Below are positions 49,429-60,061 of a stretch of DNA of 64,000 nt, piece by piece. Numbering within the stretch: the stretch's first letter is position 1; every line of letters begins with the position of its first letter. Origin of the DNA: Nitrospinales bacterium (GTDB taxonomy: Bacteria > Nitrospinota > Nitrospinia > Nitrospinales > VA-1). Location of the stretch: contig CBDCXL010000002.1 in assembly GCA_965223795.1 (NCBI GenBank), positions 1,056,001-1,120,000 of the forward strand. Reading direction: 5' to 3'. A model generated the notes under the pieces. It worked only from the letters and a program-made list of their open reading frames with translations, did not search any database and had not been told where the DNA came from. Made by a program: the position numbers and the translations under genes.

Positions 49429-52170
49429 TCAGATTTTCCATCCGCGCAGCGCCATGAGCTTCAACAGCGCCGGCAGCAGGGTGATGGAAGCGAGCATGCA
49501 GCAGCCGACGCCGATCGACAACACCAGCCCGAGACTGAAAATGCCCTGGTGGTCGGCCACCATCATGCTGCCGAAACCGGCGATGGTGGTGAGCGCGCTC
49601 AAGATCACGGACAGCCCGGTGCTTTTCGGAAGCACAGCGTCCGCAGGATTGCCCTCTTCGCGGAAGCGGTGGATGATGTGGATGCCGTTGACGACGCCGA
49701 TGCCGAGGATGAGCGGCAGGATCACCAGGTTGGCGAAATTGAACCGCAGTTCGATGAGGTGCATCAGCCCGAGCGTCCACACGAAGCCGACGAGCACGGG
49801 AAGAAAGATCAACGCCGCGGTGCGCGGGTTGCGGAACAGGATGAGCACGAACAGCAGGATCGCCGTGAACGCGTAAAGGCCGCCGGTGACGTAGCCTTCC
49901 TTCATCAGCCGGCTCGATTCGAACATATGCACGGCGTTGCCGACCACGCCGGGATCGATGCCGCGCAGTTCCCGCAAAAACGCTTCGCGCTGCTCGATGT
50001 CCCAGATGTCGACTGCGGGATACACGGAAATCATAAAACGCCCGTTTGCGCTCACCATTCTTTTTTTCAATTCCTGGGGAACGTTCTGCAAGGTGACCGG
50101 GGAAGGTTCCGCGTTGGCCTTCAGGTCGCCCATTTTTTCGCGATAATCGGCGAACAGCCGCTGGTTGAAACCGGTCAGCCGCTGCTCAGCCGTGTCGGCG
50201 TCCACCTCTTTGAGCGTCTCGCGCACGGTCTGCACCCAGCGGCCCGCTTCGGCGACGGCGTCTTTGGGATCTTCCTCTTCCTTGCTTCTAAGCTTGAAGC
50301 CGATGCGCTTTAAGGTGCGCTTGAGGGAACCGACGAACACGGGTTCGTCCTCTTCGGCGACGTCGAGGGCTTTGAGTTCGGGAGCCAGTGTCTGAATGGT
50401 TTCGATTTTTTCCTGCTGGTTCTCGGGAATCAGGGAGACGACGCTTTCCACCGCGGAAACAGTGGACAGCTTCTTGGCGGCCTTGTGAATTTTGCGGGCA
50501 TCCTCTAAAGAATCGGCGATGAGCGCCGCCGACCAGGCCGAGCGCCCGGCCTTATCCAGGATTTTCAGTTCATAGCGCACCGCTTCGGTGTTTTTCGCCT
50601 GCAGGTTGAGCAGGTTGTAGTCGAAGCGCACGTCCTTGAGCGTGAACGCCGCCGCGCCGAACAAGGCGAGACAGACGACGATGATGGCGCGGTGGTGCCG
50701 GTAAAATCCAGCGAGCCATTTTTTTTTGTCGGCGGTCCGCGCATTGGCGTCGTAGCGGGTTTTGCGCCCGCGTTCCTCCAGAACCACCAGCGACGGCAGC
50801 AGCAGGACCATCGCCAGCATGCACAGCAGGATGCCGCCGCCGGCGATCCAGCCCAGTTCCGCGATGCCGATGAAATCGGTGAGCGCCATGGCGCCGAAAG
50901 CGATGGCGGTGGTGACGGCGCCGGCGAAGTTGCCGCGCCCGGTTCCCTGCAGCGTGATGCCAAGCGCGGTGCGCGTGTCGCGGCCCGCCTGCCGCTCTTC
51001 CTTGAAACGCTCGAGGATGTGGATGCCGAAGTCGATCCCCAGGCCGATGAGGATGGTGGTGAACACGACGGACAGGATGTTGAGATGGCCCACGGTGAGG
51101 GTGGTGAAACCCATCGACCAGCACAGCGCGACGATCAGGCAGAACACCGCCATCAGCGGTTTGACGAGGCCGCGGAACGCCACGATGAACAGGATGGAAA
51201 CGCCCGCCAGCGCAATAAACGACGCTTTCTGCACGTCGACCTGGGTGGTGACCATCTCGTCGGAAGCGATCACGTCTTCGCCGGTGATGCCGACGCGGAT
51301 TCCGGGAAACGCCGCTTTGGCTTCCTCGATCAGACCGCGCGCGTACTCGACGGATTGTTTGTAGCCGGTGAACACGGCCTTGTCCTCGCGCGGTGTGATC
51401 AGGATGAACAGCAGCTCGCCGTCGCCGGAGGTGAGGTAGCCTTCCTGCTTGAGGGTGGGCTCCTCATCGGAGAAAAACGACGACCAGGGAGAGCGGTAAC
51501 GCGCGTCGCCTTTGAGGTGCGCGTCCATCTGCTTGAGCAGGGCGATCAACAGGCTCAGATCCTGGGTGTCGTCTTTTTTTTCTGCGCCGGTGCCGAGAAA
51601 ATCGCCCATCAGGGTGTCCACCATGCCGGAGCTGATCTCTGAGTTGATGCTTTTCAACAGCTGATTGAGGCCGGGCGCGGCGTTGACGCTGTCGAGAAAC
51701 TCCCGGTGCCCGCGGATCTTTTCTCCCAGCTCCACGATGTCCTCTTCGTTCAGGTACAAGAGGGCGCGGGTTTTGAAATGACTTGTGTCGATTTTGTAAA
51801 AGATCTCGGAAAAGGCGTCCGGGTGGAGTTTGAATTTTTCGACCAGCGCTTCGGCGAAGGCTTTCTGGCGTTCGGGATCGTCGTCCTCGACGACGATCAC
51901 CATACCGTCGAAATCGGGAAATTCCTCGCGGAACGCTTCATGGCGCTGCACGTAAGGCAGGTCTTTGGCGACGAGATCGCTGCGCCCGGTCTTGAAGGTC
52001 AGCTTCTCCAGCGTCACCCAGGCGGACAGCACCGCGAGCAGCACCGACACGATGAGCACGAGAACAGCGTGGCGGTAAGCCAGCCGTTCCAGCAGCGCGA
52101 ACAGGCGCGCGAACGGGGACAGGTCTTTGGGATTTTGTGTTTGGCCTTTGTGCTGCGCTTCAGCGTTCAT
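49429..52170 (-). CDS. MMPL/RND transporter, HpnN-like (hopanoid-associated)
   Basis: Two TM bundles with periplasmic loops; GHLNILS, LIGLGIDFGIH, FDYNLLNLQ, LILGIGV, SALTTIAGFGSM. Confidence 0.85.
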   Translation of the reverse strand: MNAEAQHKGQTQNPKDLSPFARLFALLERLAYRHAVLVLIVSVLLAVLSAWVTLEKLTFKTGRSDLVAKDLPYVQRHEAFREEFPDFDGMVIVVEDDDPERQKAFAEALVEKFKLHPDAFSEIFYKIDTSHFKTRALLYLNEEDIVELGEKIRGHREFLDSVNAAPGLNQLLKSINSEISSGMVDTLMGDFLGTGAEKKDDTQDLSLLIALLKQMDAHLKGDARYRSPWSSFFSDEEPTLKQEGYLTSGDGELLFILITPREDKAVFTGYKQSVEYARGLIEEAKAAFPGIRVGITGEDVIASDEMVTTQVDVQKASFIALAGVSILFIVAFRGLVKPLMAVFCLIVALCWSMGFTTLTVGHLNILSVVFTTILIGLGIDFGIHILERFKEERQAGRDTRTALGITLQGTGRGNFAGAVTTAIAFGAMALTDFIGIAELGWIAGGGILLCMLAMVLLLPSLVVLEERGRKTRYDANARTADKKKWLAGFYRHHRAIIVVCLALFGAAAFTLKDVRFDYNLLNLQAKNTEAVRYELKILDKAGRSAWSAALIADSLEDARKIHKAAKKLSTVSAVESVVSLIPENQQEKIETIQTLAPELKALDVAEEDEPVFVGSLKRTLKRIGFKLRSKEEEDPKDAVAEAGRWVQTVRETLKEVDADTAEQRLTGFNQRLFADYREKMGDLKANAEPSPVTLQNVPQELKKRMVSANGRFMISVYPAVDIWDIEQREAFLRELRGIDPGVVGNAVHMFESSRLMKEGYVTGGLYAFTAILLFVLILFRNPRTAALIFLPVLVGFVWTLGLMHLIELRFNFANLVILPLILGIGVVNGIHIIHRFREEGNPADAVLPKSTGLSVILSALTTIAGFGSMMVADHQGIFSLGLVLSIGVGCCMLASITLLPALLKLMALRGWKI

Positions 52171-52363
52171 GGGATCGAGATGCTCTGTTGTGACGGAATG
52201 GGAAGCCGAATGGCCGCCGCGTGCCTGCCCTTACGGGTTCGCGCGGCTTCTACCATCAAACCACAAAGCCGTTTCGAATCCAGGGAAAAAATAGCCGGCG
52301 GAACCGGGGCGGGAGGGCGCATTGAAGGGAGGGGTGCGCTGGCACCGGGCACATGCGTGCGGC

Positions 52364-52975
52364 TTAAAACCGGAAACCGAGGCTGAAGATGTGCGCGTTC
52401 AGGCCGATGTTGGGCAGTTCGATGCCGGCGTTGGAGACGTGAAAAAACCGGTAATTGAGGGAAATTGCATTTTTGCCGAGATAATACTCGATCCCGGCGC
52501 CGGAGTGCAGCAGAAACTGAAACTCGGAGCCGAGTTCGCGTGTGGCCGCATCCTTCCAGTTGGTGTAGGAAAACCCCACGCCCGCCAGGATGTTGGGCGC
52601 CCAGTTGCGTTTCGGGTTTTGAAACTTGTACTGCACCATGCCGGGAGAAAATCCCAGCAGGTATTCGCCGTTGCGGTTGAGCACGGAAGCGAAGCCGGCC
52701 TCGACATGCCAGAACAGCGAACCCTGATACCAGGAATCGCCCACCTGGCCGGTGAGGTTCTGCTGATAGTTGGGAAAGAAAAACAGGAAACTGAGATCCG
52801 TTCTGTCGACTCCGCCGGGAATGTCGTCGGTGTAGCCCCAGCCGGCCTGGAGGCCGAAGGAGGAGTCGCCTTTTTCGAATCGCGAAGAACCGTCTCTGTC
52901 CTGAGCCGGAACCGAGGAGGGAAAAATCAGAAGCCCCGCAAACAACCAGAACCACAATCCGATGAATCGCCGCAT
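52364..52975 (-). CDS. PagL-like acyloxyacyl hydrolase (outer-membrane beta-barrel)
   Basis: Signal peptide; ELGSEFQF, HVSNAG...PNIGLN; terminal F. Confidence 0.82.
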   Translation of the reverse strand: MRRFIGLWFWLFAGLLIFPSSVPAQDRDGSSRFEKGDSSFGLQAGWGYTDDIPGGVDRTDLSFLFFFPNYQQNLTGQVGDSWYQGSLFWHVEAGFASVLNRNGEYLLGFSPGMVQYKFQNPKRNWAPNILAGVGFSYTNWKDAATRELGSEFQFLLHSGAGIEYYLGKNAISLNYRFFHVSNAGIELPNIGLNAHIFSLGFRF

Positions 52976-53255
52976 GAATCCTTCTGAACGTATGTTTAGG
53001 ATGCCCGAATTCATAAAGGTTGCATGTTAGCACAATATCGGTTGAGACCCAGCAAAATTCTTGATTTCCGATAATTTACAAGAAGTACCACTTATAATTC
53101 GATATTTTTCCGGCAGGCAACTCGCGTCCCCTTATTTCATAAAGAGCGCTCGTGGCCAGACGCTGTTTTTGCAGCGCCTTAATATTTGTGCGGTCTCGCC
53201 GGCGGATGTTATAATCGCTTTTTGTCGATTAAAACTGCACAGAAAGGGTTTCGCT

Positions 53256-53540
53256 ATGATGGGGATCGGTTTCCCGGAATTGATGATCATCCTGGTGATC
53301 ATCATGATCATTTTTGGCGCCGGAAAGCTGCCGGAGATCGGAAGCGCGTTCGGCAACAGCATCAAAAATTTCAAAAAATCCATGAAAGAGGCCGACGAGA
53401 TCAAGGAAGAGGCGGATGTCAACCCGGAAGCCAGCGAGGGCGATGCGGACACGCCTCCGGAAGTGGAAGCGGGAGAAACCGACCCCTCCAAAGTGCAGGA
53501 AACCCCGGTCCCCTCGGCAGAAGAGCCCCAGGCAAAATAG
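53256..53540 (+). CDS. tatA: Twin-arginine translocase TatA/E
   Basis: [27 protein letters not shown]...KNFKK. Confidence 0.95.
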   Translation: MMGIGFPELMIILVIIMIIFGAGKLPEIGSAFGNSIKNFKKSMKEADEIKEEADVNPEASEGDADTPPEVEAGETDPSKVQETPVPSAEEPQAK

Positions 53541-53745
53541 GCCGCTCCCAGCGGCTATAACGGGGTGCTGACAGCGCTTTGCCCACCCCCCTCTCATTCG
53601 TCGGCGAAGCTCCATTTGATTGAATCGATTCGGTGCCACGGTCATCTAAATTCCGGGCACATCTGATCCGGCGGGGGCAGTCCGGCAGACCGGGGAAACG
53701 GCATTTCCCCGGATTTGAGGACCCTCCCCGGAAGAGACAGGCTCT

Positions 53746-54375
53746 ATGGCGTTCACGCAAAACAAGGAAGGCAAGGAAGCGGAAAACGAACTGGTCCGTG
53801 CCCTGCAGAACGGCGATCTCAAGGCGTTCGACAAGCTGGTCGAGCTCTACCAGAAGAAGATCTACGGATTGAGCTTCAACCTGACGCGCAACGCCATGGA
53901 CGCGCAGGACATCACCCAGGAAGTTCTGCTCACGATTTTTAAAAAGATCAACACGTTTCAGGGCCGCTCGGCGTTCTCCAGCTGGGTCTACCGCATCACG
54001 CTGAACGCGGCGTACATGAAACTGCGGAGCAAGAAAAAAGAACCCAACGTTTCCCTCGACGATCTTTTGCCGTCGTACAACAGTTCGGGATATCAGAAAG
54101 ACAAGATTCAGGACTGGTCGGAAAACACAGAGTCGCTGCTGTTCAGCAACGAGACGAAGGAAGTGATACAAAAAGCGGTCGACCAGCTGCCGGAAAAAGA
54201 AAAAGTGGTTTTCATCCTCCGCGATGTGGACGGGCTGTCGACTGAAAAGGTCAGCGAAATTCTGGATCTCACCATTCCAGCCGTGAAGTCCCGGCTGCAC
54301 CGGGCGCGGCTGTTTTTGAGGAAGAAGCTTTCCAATTATTTTGATGAGTATCAATTCCAGGAGAAAAAGAAATGA
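53746..54375 (+). CDS. ECF RNA polymerase sigma factor
   Basis: DAQDITQEV, FSSWVYRI, LRDVDGLS, AVKSRLHRAR. Confidence 0.94.
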   Translation: MAFTQNKEGKEAENELVRALQNGDLKAFDKLVELYQKKIYGLSFNLTRNAMDAQDITQEVLLTIFKKINTFQGRSAFSSWVYRITLNAAYMKLRSKKKEPNVSLDDLLPSYNSSGYQKDKIQDWSENTESLLFSNETKEVIQKAVDQLPEKEKVVFILRDVDGLSTEKVSEILDLTIPAVKSRLHRARLFLRKKLSNYFDEYQFQEKKK

Positions 54376-54611
54376 TGTGCTGTAAAGAATGCCTGGACCT
54401 TTTGTCGGATTATCTGGACGGGACGCTGGACGACCAGACAAGCGCGTCATTGGAAGAGCATTTTCAGGACTGCCCGCCGTGCATTGCTTTTCTCAACACC
54501 TACCGCTCCACCACGCAACTGGCCCGCGACTCCCTGGGGCAGATTGAAATTCCGGAACTGGTGCAGCAGAAACTCAAAGAGTTCTTAAAGCTGCACACGC
54601 GAAAAAAGTAA
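54372..54611 (+). CDS. Soluble zinc-finger (zf-HC2) anti-sigma factor
   Basis: LSDYLDG...HFQDCPPC (HxxxCxxC); ATGA overlap with the sigma gene. Confidence 0.92.
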   Translation: MMCCKECLDLLSDYLDGTLDDQTSASLEEHFQDCPPCIAFLNTYRSTTQLARDSLGQIEIPELVQQKLKEFLKLHTRKK

Positions 54612-54909
54612 TCCCCCTCTTTCCGGCCTGGCGGCTCCGGTTTGCCGATCGATCCTTGAAGCCGCGCCTGCATCCGATCCCGCTCTTCCATTCCCGAACG
54701 CTCACAGACACGCTCCTTCGCATCGGCTTTAATGAAAATTTCTGCTGCAAACTCTGCGGAGCGGGATGTCCCCGGATGATTTTTTTGCCAGTGCGCGCCG
54801 CATGTTGCACCCGGATGTTTCGCTCCAGCGAAAACGGGGATCTTCAGGCACTCGCAAGCTGCGGGCGCGTTTCCGGCGCGGCGGCACGGCCAATATCGGA
54901 ATACAATCG

Positions 54910-54938
54910 TTGACAAATCCCCATTGTTTAACTATAGT
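54910..54938 (+). promoter_or_regulatory. sigma70 promoter
   Basis: TTGACA-17-TATAGT. Confidence 0.7.
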
Positions 54939-55042
54939 TTTAAAGGTATTGTTTTTACAGGTTTGCGTTGAATCCCGTTCAATTTATGGGCGTCTCGCCT
55001 TTAACGCGCCTGACTTTCCACTCTCTTTCAGGACACAACAAC

Positions 55043-55531
55043 ATGGTAGAGATGAAGGTTGAAGGATTGACGCTGGATCCTCTCACCAACATGCCGATCA
55101 TCATCCTGAAAGATTCCACGGGATCGAAAGCGCTGCCGATCTGGGTGGGCTATTTCGAAGCCAACGCCATCGCCCTGGAAATCGAAAAGATCACCACTCC
55201 GCGTCCCATGACGCACGACCTGATCCGCAACCTGATCCAGACCATGAAAGCGGAGATCAACCACATTCTGGTGAACGAATTGAAGGACAACACGTTCTAT
55301 GCGGTCATCTCCCTGGTTTCGGGCGGCAACACGGTCACCATCGATTCGCGCCCTTCCGATGCGATCGCGCTGGCGCTGCGCACGAAGTCGCCGATCTACG
55401 TCGAGGAAAAAGTGATCGAAGCCGCGAAAAGTCTGGACCTCCCCGATCCGGACAAGACCAACGTGGACGAGAAGAAGCAATGGAAGGACTGGCTGCAGAA
55501 CATCAAGCCGGGTGACTTCGGCAAGCTGTAA
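55043..55531 (+). CDS. Bifunctional nuclease (DUF151) family protein
   Basis: LPIWVGYFEANAIA, PRPMTHDL, DSRPSDAIALALR. Confidence 0.93.
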   Translation: MVEMKVEGLTLDPLTNMPIIILKDSTGSKALPIWVGYFEANAIALEIEKITTPRPMTHDLIRNLIQTMKAEINHILVNELKDNTFYAVISLVSGGNTVTIDSRPSDAIALALRTKSPIYVEEKVIEAAKSLDLPDPDKTNVDEKKQWKDWLQNIKPGDFGKL

Positions 55532-55686
55532 GTCCTTCCCCGTCAACGAAGTTTTTTATTCCCTCCCCCCGTTTTTTCCTTATACTACCCAACCTGAGAG
55601 GCGGCTTTTGCACCGCGCGTTCCGCAATCCGTGCGCATGCCGCTGAACGGATACCGTTTCAAACAGGCAGGTGAAGGCAGGTTGTC

Positions 55687-56574
55687 GTGAAAAACATCGC
55701 CGTTTTCTGCAAACACACCCCCTCGGTGGACACCGACGTGGTGCGCGGCCTTGCGCAGTGGCTGCGCCAGCGCGGGCTTTCGGTGTTCATGGACAGGGAC
55801 ACGGCCGCGCTTCTGGGTGAGTCTTCGGAGTTTGAGCGCGCGGACATTCCCGGCCGGGCCGATCTCATCATCGTGCTGGGCGGCGACGGCACGCTGCTCA
55901 GCGTCGCGCGCATCGCGCATCCTTTCGATGTGCCGGTTCTTGCGGTGAACCTCGGCAGCCTGGGTTTTCTGACGGCCATCACGCTGCCTGAAATTTACAC
56001 GACTTTGGAAACGGTGCTGCGCAAGGAATACGAACTCGACCACCGGATGCTGCTGACGGCCTGCGTGAAACGGAACGGCGCAACCGTGGCGGAGTATCAC
56101 GTGCTGAACGACGTGGTCATCAACAAGGGAGCGCTCGCCCGCATCGTCAACCTGCAGGTGCGGGTCAACGGCCAGTACATGACGGCGTACCGCGCGGACG
56201 GCCTGATCGTCGCCACGCCGACGGGATCGACGGCCTACTCGCTGTCCGCGGGCGGGCCCATCATCCATCCCAGCATGCACGCGCTGGTGCTGTGTCCGAT
56301 CTGCCCGTTCACGCTGACCAACCGTCCGATCGTCATTCCCGACGGCTCCGTCATCCAGGTGGAGCTGACGTCGGAAAAGGAAGACGTGCGCGTGACGCTG
56401 GACGGCCAGGAAGGCTGCGACATGTTCGCCGGCGACGTGCTGGAAATCAAAAAAGCCGCATCGTCGTTGAAATTGATTCAACTGCCGGGGAAAAACTACT
56501 ATCACCTGCTGCGCCAAAAGCTGCACTGGGGCAGCAACGACGACGCCCCTCCGGGCCCCGCCCGGCAGGAATGA
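55687..56574 (+). CDS. nadK: NAD(+) kinase
   Basis: GGDGT, GSLGFL, LNDVV, DGLIVATPTGSTAYSLSAGGP. Confidence 0.96.
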   Translation: MKNIAVFCKHTPSVDTDVVRGLAQWLRQRGLSVFMDRDTAALLGESSEFERADIPGRADLIIVLGGDGTLLSVARIAHPFDVPVLAVNLGSLGFLTAITLPEIYTTLETVLRKEYELDHRMLLTACVKRNGATVAEYHVLNDVVINKGALARIVNLQVRVNGQYMTAYRADGLIVATPTGSTAYSLSAGGPIIHPSMHALVLCPICPFTLTNRPIVIPDGSVIQVELTSEKEDVRVTLDGQEGCDMFAGDVLEIKKAASSLKLIQLPGKNYYHLLRQKLHWGSNDDAPPGPARQE

Positions 56575-56751
56575 GGCGGACTTTTCCAGGCGAACCGGAA
56601 TCGCCCCGGCATAAGAGGTAAAACCCGCTTTGCACACTGTGGTGCATCACCGGGCCCCGCCCGGACGGGGCAGGACAAGGCAGGAACAGGGTATCCACTC
56701 CGCTCACCAGCGGAATCTTCTTCGCGGTTTTTCTTTCAACGATCCACGTTC

Positions 56752-57657
56752 ATGAACCAAAGCATCGTCGCCTGCGGCAAACGAGTGGACATCGGGACCG
56801 AAGTGGTTCTGTGGGACGATCCCGGCGGCTTCGTTTGCCCCAATAAGCGCGGACGTGTTAACTGCACGCAGCACGACCCGATCCTGAACGATCAGCCGAC
56901 GCAGCCGGACGCGGCCTATGTGTGGCGCGACGCGGACCGCGCCTATGAGGAACTCACGCAGACGGTGTACCAGTTTCTCGTTCACTACGATGTGTGCTGG
57001 TGTTCGTGGCAATGCCACGAACTGATGCGGGACAGCACGTTCAAGGGCAGCCAGTTCTACCTCGACATCGACGGCACCATCTATCAGACCTGCGACCTGT
57101 ACTGGAAAACCAACACGGGACCGGCGGACGACCGCATCGGCAACGAGCGCTCGATCCATGTGGAAATGGCGAACCTGTCCTGGGAAGCGCTGGCGAAAGA
57201 ATCGGAACTGTACAGCGTCGATAAGGATCAGTATCAGCATGCCAACGGCAAGTGGCGGCTCAAGATTCCGCAGGCGTACCGCGACAAGCTGCGCAACCCC
57301 GGCTTCAAGGCGGCGCCGGCGCGCGTTTACGGGAAACGCGGCTACTTCAGCCGCAGGATCAACGGCCGCCTGGTGCGGATGTGGGACTTCACGGAAGAGC
57401 AGTACCAGGCGCTCATCAAGCTGTGTTTCGGCGTGCATGCGCTTTTACCCGCCATCAAGCTCCAGACTCCGTACGACAAGTCGGCGCGCCGCGTCCCTCT
57501 CGACCGTTTACCGCGCTTTTCCACGTTCAAAGGGGTGCTGGGCCACGCTCACGTGCAAAAAGGCGCCTCAGCGGATCTCAAGCCGAAATACGATCCCGGC
57601 TCGGCGTTCGACTGGGCGCGCCTGCGGCGCGCCTTTCTCAAGCAAACGAAAAAATAA
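56752..57657 (+). CDS. Amidase_2 family N-acetylmuramoyl-L-alanine amidase
   Basis: VHYD, DIDGTIYQ, NERSIHVE, FTEEQYQAL, GVLGH, KYDPG. Confidence 0.78.
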   Translation: MNQSIVACGKRVDIGTEVVLWDDPGGFVCPNKRGRVNCTQHDPILNDQPTQPDAAYVWRDADRAYEELTQTVYQFLVHYDVCWCSWQCHELMRDSTFKGSQFYLDIDGTIYQTCDLYWKTNTGPADDRIGNERSIHVEMANLSWEALAKESELYSVDKDQYQHANGKWRLKIPQAYRDKLRNPGFKAAPARVYGKRGYFSRRINGRLVRMWDFTEEQYQALIKLCFGVHALLPAIKLQTPYDKSARRVPLDRLPRFSTFKGVLGHAHVQKGASADLKPKYDPGSAFDWARLRRAFLKQTKK

Positions 57658-57792
57658 TCCCACTGCGCGGACGCACTTTTCAAATCCCGTTTTTGTGCGC
57701 AAGCGGCGGCAATTCAGTCGTTTTAAAAAGGGGTTGACCTCATCACCTGTTTGGAGATAGCCTTTAAAGAACCCCTACGAACAGGTGCCTCC

Positions 57793-58329
57793 ATGATTCT
57801 TCATGCTAAAAATTCAATCACAACCGGCCGTTTTGCAGCGGTTTTGCTCTTCTTCGTGACGATCGCCCTGGGTTTCGCCGCAACGGCGTTCGCGGAAACG
57901 CTGTATGTGAAAAAATCCGGGACCAAGCTGCAGGCCGCGGACTCGCCGAAATCGGACGTGCTGGCGACGCTGAACGCGGGCACTCCCGTCAACGTGCTGC
58001 AACGGGGCAAGCGGTTTTTTCAGGTTTCCGCCGCCGGTAAAAAAGGATGGATCTTCAAGTTCAAGCTCACGGCGAAAGCGCCGCAGGCCTCCGGCGGTGA
58101 CGGCGACCTGCTGGGAGCGCTGGGCGGCCGGCAAAAGATCGCGGCGCGCGAATCGTCCTCCGGATCCAGCATCCGCGGCCTGAGCCCGATGGCGGAAGAG
58201 CGGGCGAAGAACAAAGGCACGCCCGAGGCCAACATCCGCGCTGTCAAGCAGATGGAAAACTTCAAGGTGTCGGCGGAAGAACTGGACCGTTTCCTCGAGC
58301 AGGGAAGCCTGGGAGCGTACGCACAATAA
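57793..58329 (+). CDS. Secreted SH3b domain protein
   Basis: Signal peptide (ATAFA); VLATLNAGTPVNVL...KGWI; SIRGL tail. Confidence 0.8.
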   Translation: MILHAKNSITTGRFAAVLLFFVTIALGFAATAFAETLYVKKSGTKLQAADSPKSDVLATLNAGTPVNVLQRGKRFFQVSAAGKKGWIFKFKLTAKAPQASGGDGDLLGALGGRQKIAARESSSGSSIRGLSPMAEERAKNKGTPEANIRAVKQMENFKVSAEELDRFLEQGSLGAYAQ

Positions 58330-58374
58330 CGAGCCTTTCTCCGGAAAACGGCTCTTTCTTTCTGGAATATATCG

Positions 58375-59358
58375 ATGACCAAACACACCCTCTTCATCTT
58401 CACGGCGGTTGCGGTTCTTTTGTTTGTGGGCGTCAACAGTTCGCATTCCTTCCGTCTGGAAGACCTGCTCAAACCGCCGCCGCAGAAGCAGCCGGAAAAG
58501 CAGCAGGCGGCGCCGGAACAAAAACAGCAACCGAAACAGGACCCGCAACAGCAGCAGGGCGGGCTGATCGGCCTGGGCGAATCGCTCGGCATCTTCGATG
58601 AGAAAACGTCCAAGGTGTTGAAGCAGGGCGTGGGAACGCTGCAGGCGTTTCAGCCGATCGGCTACGAAGAGGAAAAAGCCATCGGCGGGTCGCTGGCCAT
58701 CGAGGTGTTCGACAAGTTCGGCGGCATGCACCCAGACGCGACACTGCAGAAGTACGTCAACCTGGTCGGGCAGGCGGTCGCCGAAGTTTCGGACCGGTCG
58801 GACATCCCGTATCATTTCGCGGTGGTGAACACGGAACAGCCCAACGCGTTCGCCGCACCGGGCGGCTACGTGTTCGTCAGCGCCGGGCTGTTGCGCATGC
58901 TTGAGAACGAGGCGCAGCTCGCCGGCGTGCTGGGGCATGAGATCGCCCACATCACGCAGAAGCACGCGCTCAGCACGCTGCAGCGCAGCAAGGTGCTGTC
59001 GGGCCTCAGCGGTTTGACGATGGCGGCGATGGACAAGGACTCGGGGCTGTTCGACAACGTGATCAACGAAGTGTCCAACGTGCTGTTCACGCGCGGCCTC
59101 GACAAGGAACTGGAATTCGAGGCGGACAAATTCGGCACCGAGTTCGCGTTCCGGACGGGATATCAGCCCGCCGGTCTCAAAGAATTTCTCAACGTCTTAT
59201 CCGCATCGCGCGGGAAAGGCGGTTCCATTTTTCTGAGCACGCATCCCAGTCCGCGCGACCGCAATGCCCGGCTCATGCAGATCCTGCCGCGCTACCCCGG
59301 AGCGGGCTACCCGATCCTGGCGAATCGGTATCAGAAAGTGACAAAGGGCCGGTTATGA
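58375..59358 (+). CDS. M48 family metalloprotease
   Basis: PNAFAAPGG, EAQLAGVLGHEIAH, EFEAD, STHP; P/Q-rich linker. Confidence 0.92.
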   Translation: MTKHTLFIFTAVAVLLFVGVNSSHSFRLEDLLKPPPQKQPEKQQAAPEQKQQPKQDPQQQQGGLIGLGESLGIFDEKTSKVLKQGVGTLQAFQPIGYEEEKAIGGSLAIEVFDKFGGMHPDATLQKYVNLVGQAVAEVSDRSDIPYHFAVVNTEQPNAFAAPGGYVFVSAGLLRMLENEAQLAGVLGHEIAHITQKHALSTLQRSKVLSGLSGLTMAAMDKDSGLFDNVINEVSNVLFTRGLDKELEFEADKFGTEFAFRTGYQPAGLKEFLNVLSASRGKGGSIFLSTHPSPRDRNARLMQILPRYPGAGYPILANRYQKVTKGRL

Positions 59359-59840
59359 AAACGGGATTGTTCCGGGACGAGCTTCCCGGCGAAAAAAAGA
59401 GCATCGTCAACCTGCTGATGACCGGCTACATCGTCAGCATCTCCTGTCTGGGATACGCCGCGTTTTACATCTATATCCAGATGGGCCAGCTGGAACGCAT
59501 CGTCAACACCATCGACGTGCAGACGCAGGGCCCCGAGCAGGTGGAGCTTCTGAAAAACCGCATGACCCGCAGCACCGGTCAGCTGAAAAACGAGATCGTC
59601 GGATTGGCGATCCTGGGAAGCATCGTGTCGGTCATCGGCGGCATCTACACCATCAATATGGTGGTGCGGCCGCTGCGCAAGCTGATCCTGTTCGTCGAGA
59701 ACAAGGGCAAGGGCGAGCTTCCCGAGATCAAGACGAACAACGAGATCAAGCAATTGACCACGGCGCTCAGCACGCTCGACGGCGAGCCCAAACCGGTCCC
59801 GCCCGATCCGCAAAAACCGGCCGAACAATCCACCGCCTGA
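59355..59840 (+). CDS. Two-TM membrane protein with a HAMP-like C-terminus
   Basis: Two hydrophobic helices, then VVRPLRKL...NNEIKQL; ATGA overlap with the M48 gene. Confidence 0.72.
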   Translation: MKTGLFRDELPGEKKSIVNLLMTGYIVSISCLGYAAFYIYIQMGQLERIVNTIDVQTQGPEQVELLKNRMTRSTGQLKNEIVGLAILGSIVSVIGGIYTINMVVRPLRKLILFVENKGKGELPEIKTNNEIKQLTTALSTLDGEPKPVPPDPQKPAEQSTA

Positions 59841-60061
59841 TTTTCACTCCGCTTCGTCGCAACACAATCCAGAGCGCGCATCCAGGCGCTTCCCCTGTTC
59901 GTCTTTTTTAGCGTTGCAATTTCTGTCAAGAATCCATGAGGCGGGCACGGCGTGAGCAGGCTTGTGCTTTGCGGGGGAGTTTGAAGCGCCAAACCATTTT
60001 GCATCAAACCAGCGAAAGATGCGCGGCGTGAGCGGGCTCGCCGCACGCGGAGTGGCGGGAG

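Noticed and set aside
56631..56646. NtrC-like box TGCAC-N6-GTGCA
   Set aside because: One base short of the 17-bp NtrC spacing and no sigma54 promoter downstream
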